A stretch of DNA of 63,467 nucleotides, counting the filler, from Octopus bimaculoides (taxonomy: Eukaryota): assembly GCF_001194135.2 (NCBI RefSeq). It is 5 parts of 5 records of this genome, joined end to end, with 100 filler letters (N's around TTAATTAATTAA, not from the genome) between each part and the next. Parts side by side here need not be neighbours in the genome. Positions count along the whole stretch, not along the records: positions 51,424 to 59,011 come from NC_069008.1; positions 59,112 to 61,256 come from NC_068985.1; 3 more parts are not named here. The stretch is one strand, 5' to 3'. A program made the position numbers and the translations under genes. Position 1 is the first letter of the stretch, and every line of letters begins with the position of its first letter. The notes beneath the pieces were generated by a model. That model saw only the letters and a program-made list of their open reading frames with translations, did not search any database and was not told the origin of the DNA. Shown here one piece after another: positions 52,587 through 61,356 of the stretch.

Positions 52587-52800
52587 ACGGGGAGCTGGGA
52601 GAATCGTTAGTACACCGGGCAAAATGCTCAACAGCATTTCGTCTTTACGTTGTGAGTTCAAATTCCGTCGAGGTCGACTTTGCCTTTCCTCTTTTCGAAG
52701 TCGATAAAATTAGTACCAGTTGGGTATTGGGATCGATGTAAGCAACTTAACTCCACCCCCACCCCCCATGAATTAGCTACCCTTGTGCCAAATTTGAAAT
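52587..52800 (+). mobile_element. Family B SINE
   Basis: gagctgggagaatcgttagtacaccgggcaaaatgct...gtcgactttgcctttc...gtcgataaaattagtaccag. Confidence 0.88.
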
Positions 52801-52814
52801 GGATACTACTGACG

Positions 52815-53310
52815 TTAAGTCGGCAAGCTGACAGAATCGTTTGCATGCCGGACAAAATGCTTAGCGGCATCTGGTCCGTCTTTACGTTCGGAATTCAAAT
52901 TTCCGCCGAGGCCGATTTTACCTTTCATCTTTTGGGGGCCAATCAAATAAGTACCAGTGGTTCTGGGTTGATATAATCGACTCACCCCTTTGCCCCAAAT
53001 TAGTGGAGGCGCGTGGCTTAGTGGTTAAGGTGTTGGACTCATGATCGTAAGATTGTGGTTTCGATTCCTGGATCGGGCGATGCGTTGTGTTCTTGAGCGA
53101 AACTCATCTTTTCACTTTGCTCCAATCAACTCAACTGACAAAACTGAGTAATCCAGCGACGGACCGGCGTCCTGTTCAGGTGGGGAATATATACGCCATG
53201 AAACCGGGAAACCGGCCCTTATGAGCTGGTATGACTCGAGAAGATAATTTTACCTTGCCATTTTTTTACTCGCCCCAAATTTCAGGCCTTGTGCCTGTAG
53301 TAGAAAGCAT
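52815..53310 (+). mobile_element. Family B SINE interrupted by a family D SINE
   Basis: The body resumes at 53272 after the insert. Confidence 0.85.
53002..53271 (+). mobile_element. SINE family D, full length
   Basis: tRNA-like head (A box tggcttagtgg, B box gtttcgattcc). 10-bp TSD gccccaaatt at 52992-53001 and 53272-53281. Confidence 0.9.
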
Positions 53311-53343
53311 TGTTAATGTTGTTGTTGTTGTTGTTATTTCCAG

Positions 53344-53396
53344 AGCATGAAGAAGGTGATTCCTTGGCCATATTCATCAACGTGAAACGTAACTAA
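53344..53396 (+). CDS. Probable terminal coding exon of the same gene
   Basis: ttgttatttcCAG acceptor. The phase-1 frame gives (E)HEEGDSLAIFINVKRN*, fitting the recalled AD.LAIF end of the module. AATAAA at 53506. The phase does not match the strongest upstream donor. Confidence 0.5.
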
Positions 53397-53505
53397 CCAA
53401 TTATATGATCTGCACTTGACACCCTTATATTGTTGTGATTGTAGCTAACGCCGTACCTTACCAGATGACGACTATCATTGATCCATCGTTCTAGTGTTAC
53501 CAGTA

Positions 53506-53511
53506 AATAAA
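53506..53511 (+). terminator. Candidate polyadenylation signal AATAAA
   Basis: Lies 110 nt after the putative stop and is followed by T/GT-rich sequence. Confidence 0.4.
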
Positions 53512-53839
53512 TATACCACAATGAACGTTCTGTCTAACCTCGGTCTTCTGTTGAGATTCCCTTTCTCTCTTTCCCTCTGTTTTGCTGTTTAGTCTCTGGG
53601 TATTTCGGTCAGTTTTACCACCAAGGCCGTTCAAACTGTGTCACACTTTTATATTATATAAATGTTTTCGTTTTTTTTAACATGGTAGTGAGTGGACACG
53701 TAACAACACTCATTTGCTTTTTAAAAGCTCGTGTGTCTTTGTGTGTATGTGTGTGTGCGTGTGTGTGTATACATACTTACATATATATATACATATAGAT
53801 ATACACACACACGTGTGTGTATATATGTATGTGTACATA

Positions 53840-54510
53840 CAGGGGTTGGACAAAATAATGGAAACACCTTAAAATTTCAAGCAAATTTATTTTAATATGG
53901 GGTAGGATCACCCTTGGTAGTGATTACAGCTTGAATCCTACGAGGTATGGACTCGTACAAAGTTTGAATTGTTTCCAAAGGAATTTTTGTCCATTCTTCA
54001 GCTAAAACAGTTTCCAGTTCTTGTTTTGATGATGGTGGAGGATATCGACTCCTTACGTGTTTTTCTAAAATGCATCATAAATGTTCAATAATGTTGAGAT
54101 CTGGGGACTGCGGTGGCCAGATAAGATGTTTGACTTCACTAGAATGTTCCTCGTGCCATTCAGTAACAACTTTAGCTGTGTGAATTGGTGCATTATCATC
54201 CTGGAAGTTGGCATTTCCCTCCGGAAACATTTCCGCAACCATAGGATGAATTTGATCAGATAAAATGCTTAAATAGTCTTGACTATTAATTCTGCCATGA
54301 AAGGAAACCATTGGGTCGGCGGATTTCCAAGATATAGCCCCTCAGATCATCACAGATCCTCCTCCATGTCTAACAGTTGGAAGAAGGCAGTCTGGGTCAA
54401 ATGCTTCTTGTGGCTGTCTCCACAAGTATACTCATCTGGTGGTCGGAAATAAAGTAAAGGATGACTCGGCCAAGAAAATAACATTCTTCCACTGCTCTAG
54501 GGACCAATAG
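53840..54510 (-). mobile_element. Tc1-family element, 3' half with TIR (DD36E)
   Basis: TA-cagggg...ggacaaaataatggaaacacc TIR. Transposase WSLEQWKNVIFLAES...RHGGGSVM...FQDDNAPIH...WPPQSPDLNIIE...IPRRIQAVI..KGDPTPY* (stop at 53892-53894). Confidence 0.93.
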
Positions 54511-54679
54511 AGCACAATAAAACATCCTGACAGATAGACGCAAAGAAAGGCGGACAGGAAAAACAATAATTAGAGGGACAAGAAAAAAAAAACCACGGGT
54601 CATTCGTGGCCTTCTTTCATCGGCAAAGTTACCAGATGTCCTCACAGTTTCGGGCAGTTACACTTGAGACTGTTCGATC

Positions 54680-54970
54680 TGGTTGCCCCCAAAAAAGTCT
54701 AAGATAAGAGCATTAGATGTTTTGTAAGAAAGCTAGCAAATGCCTACAACAAACACAAAAAACGGAGAACATGGTACGCAATTACAAATACAAACAAGAA
54801 TATAACAGCAGGTGTCTTTCGACTGAGGACGAATCAAATTGAGCTGGCGTGTATGAAGTGAAAGGATTAAAGGCAGGAACATAGGAGATGGACATAAGAA
54901 GTGTTGGCGGTCGGCAGTCAAGCCAAGAAAGAAAGATCATAGCTGGCCGGACACCGGTCATGTGGAAGGA
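54680..54970 (+). mobile_element. Highly decayed RTE-like LINE fragment
   Basis: Patchy motifs across frames (TW, K*KD, EVLA, LAGH, VEGKRGRG). Confidence 0.35.
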
Positions 54971-54989
54971 AAGAGGGGTAGGGGCAGCA

Positions 54990-55445
54990 ATATTTTTCTC
55001 GATCGGGCGATCTACTAGCGCAAATCAGTCAATGTGTTGGCTGAATTATATATAAAGCTATAAGCTTTGTCAGTTCGTTCAGGGTTGCCCCTCTCAGGTA
55101 TATCTGATCGACAAGTGTCAACAAACTCGAAACATTGAAGCCTCAGATTCCCGAGAGAGGGCGACACTGAACGAATGGGGTGTTTCCACACCTTTTTACC
55201 ATAAGAGAGATTTTTTCTCCACAGTAACTGCAGTGTATTTGCTTTTAACAGTTGAAATATGTGACAAACATATTTCAACTAACCTAAATTGTGATTATAC
55301 ATAAACACTGCTTAGCGTATTTACTCCGATATTTTTCTCGATCGAGCGATCTACTAGTGCAAATCAGTCAATGTGCTGGCTGAATTATATATAAAGCTAT
55401 AAGCTTTGTCAGTTCGTTCAGGGTTGCCCCTCTCGGCTACATCTG
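54990..55445. repeat. 117-bp direct repeat pair, 339 bp apart
   Basis: 54990-55106 and 55329-55445 differ at about 6 positions. Confidence 0.9.
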
Positions 55446-55779
55446 CAGACTCGGCTCGCAATTTTTGGGTGCTGGTTTCTTTAAACGTGAATTAAATTGT
55501 TACACACTGTTATTTATGTATTTGTTGTAGGTCCTGCATGGGTAAACCAAGATTCGTTATATCGTTGGATTGTTGAATTTCTGTCGTTGCTTTTGCCTGT
55601 TTGTGAAAATTGTTCCTTCCCCATTTATGGGTGAAGTGGTAAAAAGAGGAGAAATGGAGCGTGTCGCAAGTTATGCATCCGCAACTACACAAGTTCGCGA
55701 GATGAAAATAGAGACAAAAGAATAGAAAAAAATGAAACAAATTGTTACAAAAGGAAGGGGCCAGTTTAAAGCTGACCCC

Positions 55780-55955
55780 ATCAGAAGAAGTAACGAAGAA
55801 TGTAGCAAGGAAACCGTGCGGTCCACAGATACTGCTTTGTGCTGGATGGGGGTGCTAAACTTCCCTGTTCGAAAAAATAAGGACACAGATTGTGTGATGT
55901 ATAGCCAGCTGGAGACGAAGTCTCCTGGGGCTAAAAAACAGTAGCATTCGTCTTA
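55780..55955 (-). mobile_element. Interspersed repeat fragment (same family as 2325)
   Basis: Reverse-complement homology to 2345-2440. Confidence 0.55.
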
Positions 55956-56040
55956 ACTGGAATTTCCACATTACGTTGGCAAATAACCTTTACTGTAAAG
56001 TACTGCTACTGAATATCTCTCATTGAGAGATTTAGGAACA

Positions 56041-56078
<38 letters not shown>

Positions 56079-56094
56079 ATATATATTTATTTAT

Positions 56095-56158
56095 TTTCTC
56101 TCCCTGTTTATTTCTGTGTTCCTTTCTGTCGAACAGCGTAGGCTCGAAACGTAAAAGA
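56095..56158 (+). mobile_element. Penelope-like fragment with hammerhead-like motif
   Basis: Near-identical to 30810-30872. Confidence 0.55.
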
Positions 56159-56316
56159 CAGTTTCTGTATATGAAATCCACTCACAAAGCTTTGGTCGGC
56201 CAGAGTCTATAGTAGAAGTGTGTGTGTTTATGTGTGTGTTCTCTTTCTCCTTTTAATTTAGTGTACATTTTGACCACCCACTTCCTTGGTAGCAAGGTTG
56301 TGAAGGAAAGTAAATT

Positions 56317-56622
56317 TGTAGTAACGCCGTGCGCATGCGTAGTCTCACGCATGCGTGGAATTCAACATACCAAGCTTTCCCGCTTTGATCTGTCTCTTTC
56401 TTGCTGGCCAGCGATTGAGCATGGACGTGTTTAGCTGTCTCTCTCCATCTTTCGAACTTACGCTAGACAGCTCGCTCACATCTACATACCAACGTCCCAA
56501 CAACTATGCTCACACAAACAGAAGACGTCTCAAAGAACAAGAGCTAAAGATGTATATATTTACCACCTGAATAAATGTTGTTTAAGTTGATAGTCTGGAG
56601 TTCAGCGTTCCGTTAATTCTTA
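56317..56622 (+). mobile_element. Possible solo LTR
   Basis: Starts TGTAGT, is CpG-richer than its flanks, and has AATAAA at 56570 about 45 nt before the end. The terminal CA and TSD are not clean. Confidence 0.35.
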
Positions 56623-56978
56623 ATTTTATATAGGAAAGTCAGGTATACATCTAATGATGTATAACCCACTTTCCTATAAATTCTTTTAAATCTTAAGAAG
56701 GTCTTGCAGATTTTTTTTAGTCTCAGATATCGTGAACATTTGTAGTGTATGAATTAAGGATTTGCATTCTCTCCCGAAGATCTCAAGTTCAGCCATNNNN
56801 NNNNNNTATGTATGTATGCATGTATGTATGTATGCATGTATGTATGTATATATGTATGTAATTATTCAATTTTATTTCAAGAATTTTTGCCAAGAGAGAA
56901 AGAGTCGGTTTCTAACTTAGATTCAAGGCTCCTTCATTGGAATTTCAACATCAACAGGGTAATTTTGTATGTATGAAT

Positions 56979-57265
56979 GTTTTGTCTTATGCATGTGTTC
57001 TCATGCTTATAGCTGCATGTCTAGACATGCTCGTATATACTTAAATGATAAAGTTTTACAGATATGTGTATGTATATGTATGTGTGTGTGAGTATATGTG
57101 TACGTATGCATGTATGTATGCATGCATGCATGTGTGTGTATATATGTTTGTATATGTGTAGATTTGTATGTTTTGTTTTATGTATGTATTCTCATGCATA
57201 TAGCTGCATGTCTAGACATGCACGTATATACTTAAATGATAAAGTTTTATAGATATATGGTATGT
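56979..57265. repeat. ~95-bp direct repeat pair (192-bp period) with a 16-bp palindrome
   Basis: gcatgtctagacatgc...cgtatatacttaaatgataaagtttta is present twice. Confidence 0.85.
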
Positions 57266-57302
57266 GTGCGTGAGTGTGTGTGTATGTATGTATGTATGTA
57301 TG

Positions 57303-57478
57303 TCACTTTCGAGTGCTACTGGTAACATGTAACCCAGTACAACCTGTTGCATGGTCGGGTCGTCGGCGACTAAACCGGCAACCCCATCAAGCTTGCTTGG
57401 TGAGGAGGGTGTTTATTGAACACCCTAAGGGATGAAAAACAAAACCCATCAAAGGGCGGAGGAACTCTTGAGAGTCAT
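57303..57478 (+). mobile_element. Interspersed repeat fragment, probable LINE 5' region
   Basis: GC-richer block abruptly embedded in microsatellite. The family assignment is from memory only. Confidence 0.35.
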
Positions 57479-58239
57479 CCAATATGTGTGTAATTATGTA
57501 TTTACTGTAAACCCCCCTTTTTCTCCCTAATTTTATATTTAGCATATTTTTTATAGTTTGCTCATTTTATATATTTTTATGTATTCCATATCGTATATTT
57601 TATGTATATGTAAGGGAACGACCGTGCGAACTCAAAAAGGAGAAATGGTGACGAATGGAAAAACAGGAATCCTTTTATTTCAACGCGTCACACGGTCGAA
57701 CACAAAATATATATCAATGATGATATACAAATATGTTATACTACGATAACATAGATTGCCAGTAATGAAGACGATAGAAGATGATAAACACAACCGTATG
57801 AGATGAATAACAGAATTATTTATTGTGACATTAAAAAGTATGTCTGTGTGTGAGTGTGAATGCGACATATAAAAACATAATAAAAGACAGGCCGTCGTAT
57901 ACAGAAAAGAGTGTGTGTAAGTGATACATGTATGTGTATGCGTGATATTACAGCAGATAAAAAGAGTCAGTAACACGTGTGAGCATTTATACCAGTTCTT
58001 AGAGTACACAATAGGAAGAGTCTGTATGTGAAAGAAGTTGAGGCGTATGAGTGTGGCAGAGCGATCACTAGTTGTGATGTTGTGGCTTCCATGCCGGGCC
58101 GGGTTCTTGAGGACAGACGTTTATCGCAGGCTGTAACTCTTAGCTGTTATTTTGTGGTGAAGATGAATCACACAAACAGAATCGAAGAGAGAGAATATGT
58201 GCCGCAGTTACTGTTTGGTTATTGGTGTACATAGAAAGT

Positions 58240-58990
58240 TGTGTTGACTATGGTTGGCGATGATGCCGGTGGCGAAGACGATGCTTGGTAGTAGTCGTAG
58301 AATCGTGTTGCTGATGGCGACGTCGGTGGTGGTCATAGTTGGACGAAACTGTTGGTGTTGTCGCTGGCTGCTGCTGATCTGTGTGGTACACGGAACAGGT
58401 CTCTAAGAGATCTGAACCGAGACAAATTTGCTGGGTATGATTTGGTCTATTTAAAGCAAAATAGGGGCTCCAAGACCGTAGTAGAAAAACACTATCACGT
58501 GGCCTTATTAGGAGCTGTGATTGGTCAGTTTGCGTTCTGGCGGGAAAGGTTCGAAGAAGTTGCCGCTTCAAATAATAATCAGTCACGTGATGACAGGGAA
58601 ATGTGTTTTCCACTACGCCCGCGCTAGTTTATATTTAACAGCGGGGAATATGGCTTCTTTGTGTATAATGGCGATCGAGGTGTTAGTTTCACTACACCAG
58701 CCTCGCACCAGTCGGTTTGTCGAAGACAAACAGACGAAAATAAAAAAATGTAGTGAAAAAGACTGAAAGAACGGTTGGTCTATTACTGGCATTTAGTCAC
58801 CATTTTTGGAAAGTTATGTGAACTTTTCACGTTGGGCTACGTGTTTGAATTAACGTCGGCGGGTCACCAGTTTGTAAGAAAAACTGTGTGAACAGGATCA
58901 CGTTGGCTGTACAGATCAGAAGGGCTGTATGAACGAATCACGTCGGGTGCGTGTTTGAATCACGTCGGGGTCACCAGTTTGTAACGGTTA
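58240..58990. promoter_or_regulatory. CpG-rich promoter-like region, probably driving a minus-strand transcript
   Basis: Local CpG enrichment. On the minus strand the order is TCACGTGA (58583-58590), CCAAT (58520-58524), CACGTG (58496-58501), TATA-like (58448-58455). Further TCACGT copies occur at 58800-58970. Confidence 0.45.
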
Positions 58991-59011
58991 TATGATTGAA
59001 CGATGAAGATC

Positions 59012-59111
59012 NNNNNNNNNNNNNNNNNNNNNNNNNNNNNNNNNNNNNNNNNNNNTTAATTAATTAANNNNNNNNNNNNNNNNNNNNNNNNNNNNNNNNN
59101 NNNNNNNNNNN
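59012..59111. other. Artificial scaffolding linker
   Basis: N44-TTAATTAATTAA-N44. Confidence 0.95.
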
Positions 59112-59847
59112 AGGGTGTGGATGCATATAAGCATATAGAAACAAATGAGCAAAGTACAATATTGTGAGCATAGCAAGGGGAAATAAGGTCCCGTAAAGTA
59201 TTTATAAAATCCATGGTATTGCACTCTGCTGCATTTCACTTGTATTCTTGCCTTTGCTTTTATTCTTATTCTACTCTATTTAAAAGAATAAGCACACCTT
59301 ATCTATTCTTAACTGACTTTTATATGTGTTAGCCCCCCTCACTACTTAGACCCTCTGAAGAAGCCTAGGGGCACATCCATTATCCAAGCCTTGTCTATTC
59401 ATCCCTGCATAACATTGAAGTGATGGAGATAACCAGGAAGATTTTGTTTCCTCTTGGCAGAAACGGCCGTAAGGAACAAGTACCTGTACACCCATTTATA
59501 TCTTTGCTCATTTGCTCAGTTGCTCATTTGTTTCTATATACTTATATGTATTCAAACCCTTGTCTATGCAATTATCAGCTTTTTCTACACGCTAATCTGT
59601 ATAACTCATACATGTGTGTGTATTCATCCTTTACAATTGAATAGACATACTTGAATGTTTACTGGCTGATGTCTGTCGATTTTATATCCTCTCCATTTTC
59701 TTATTTATCGTATAAATCGTGAGTAAATCACTCTTTTACCTCCGCCAATAACTGGCACTTGACTATGAATAATTGGGTAAACTACCAGCGGTATATTGGA
59801 TAGGTACTATCCCTTAGTTGGTTTCTCAACCTCTAACTCACACAGAA

Positions 59848-59850
<3 letters not shown>
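59112..59850 (+). mobile_element. Penelope-like element terminus (hammerhead plus inverted segment)
   Basis: Contains a hammerhead fold, a 41-bp inverted repeat pair, and ends at a (TA)n tract. No RT or GIY-YIG ORF is visible. Confidence 0.5.
59352..59474 (+). ncRNA. Type-I hammerhead ribozyme-like motif with extended stem II
   Basis: cct-CUGAAGA-a-gcc...ggc-a-GAAAC-ggcc-GUA-agg. Core, stem I (cct/agg), stem II closing gcc/ggc and palindromic stem III (acggccgt) were assigned by eye. Confidence 0.6.
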
Positions 59851-59889
<39 letters not shown>

Positions 59890-59991
59890 ACACACACATA
59901 CATACATACACACACACACANNNNNNNNNNNNNNNNNNNNNNNNNNNNNNNNNNNNNNNNNNNNNNNNATATATATATATATATATATATA

Positions 59992-61222
59992 CAGGGTGCG
60001 TAAGGTATTTGAGGACATACCTTTTTGGGATAATTGCTGCATTTTTTCCTAACTCTGTATAATATTTGTTTCAGAAAATAATAATGGTAGACCCTCAGCT
60101 TACTCAATATATGAAGAGGCATGCGGTTATTGTGGTTGTAAAGGCTGAGCATAGCGATTTAGAAATATCTCGATTTCTAAAAGTTGCCAGGTCTTTCCTT
60201 TACAAAGTTTGGAAGGAGCTAGAGACTGGAGATGGAAACCTATCACCAGTATCAAAGCATAAGAAGCATTCTAAACGCACTGAAATAATCAGAACACCTG
60301 AGTTTATCCAGAAAGTTCAACAGACCATTGATTACAATCCCAGAAAGTCCATCAGGTCAATTGCAAAAGATCTCCATGTGTCAGAAGAAACATTCAGAAA
60401 TGTCGTCCACGAAGACATCATATATAAGTCTTATATGATGAGGAAAGGTCAATTTGTCAGAAAAAGCCAAAGAAAATCACTACATCAGATTTAAAAGGTT
60501 CTTAAGCAAACTGAAAAATGCAGCAGAAGATTTTATCCGGTTTTTCTCAAATGAGAAAAACTTCGACCGAGATCAAAAAGTTAACAGAAGAAATGATAGA
60601 TGATTATGTGCAGACCCTTCTAAAGTTCCAAGTGTTATGCATACAAAATTTCCTGCAACTGTCATGGTTTTAGGGGTTGTCAGCAATGAAGGACATGTGA
60701 TGTTTCCTTACTTATTTCCATTGAGGTCCTAGAAATAATTGTTAAGCCCTGGATAGACAGTGTATGCAATGGAAGGCCATATGTGTTTCAGTAAGACTTT
60801 GCACTATCACACATGGTTCTAGTAACAAGGGAATGAATGGCTGAAAATTTTCATGATCACATAACCCCTAACGTTTGGCCTCCTAATTCCCCAAATCTCA
60901 ATCTATTGGACTATTACATATGGAGCGTTGTTGAGAGAGAGGTCAATGAACACGCCCATAGCACCAAAGATTCTTTGAAAGCTGCCATAGTTAGAGTAAT
61001 GTTCAAAATGAATCAGGACCACTTGATTCGAGCATGTAGAGGGTTTAGATTTCATAAAGAAGCAGTCGTTGAAGCTGAAGGTGGCTTTATTGAATAATAT
61101 TATAGAAACGAAGGTTTACTTTTATCCTCATAGCATTTTTTGATAAATAAAGTTATTATCTGTCATTATATATGTTTTATTTTTTTATAAACATAAATCT
61201 GTCCTCAAATATCATACGCACC

Positions 61223-61223
<1 letters not shown>
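59992..61223 (+). mobile_element. Full-length DD37D (maT-type) IS630-Tc1-mariner element, inactivated
   Basis: ~26-bp TIRs (cagggtgcgtaaggtatttgaggaca / tgtcctcaaatatcatacgcaccg) in TA context. Transposase runs 60111-61097 with frameshifts and stops. FQ*D-(37 aa)-D YYIW; the first catalytic D has become N (FSNEK). Confidence 0.93.
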
Positions 61224-61256
<33 letters not shown>

Positions 61257-61356
61257 NNNNNNNNNNNNNNNNNNNNNNNNNNNNNNNNNNNNNNNNNNNN
61301 TTAATTAATTAANNNNNNNNNNNNNNNNNNNNNNNNNNNNNNNNNNNNNNNNNNNN
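61257..61356. other. Artificial scaffolding linker
   Basis: N44-TTAATTAATTAA-N44. Confidence 0.95.

Noticed and set aside
53346-53393. Hammerhead-like reading of tgaagaagg...gaaacgta in the terminal exon
   Set aside because: No C3, no stem I, and stem II is not adjacent to GAAA. The coding interpretation fits better.
58248-58613. 121-aa minus-strand ORF and overlapping + strand ORFs in the CpG-rich region
   Set aside because: Low-complexity His/Arg/Thr content, explained by GC-richer UTR/promoter sequence with fewer stops.
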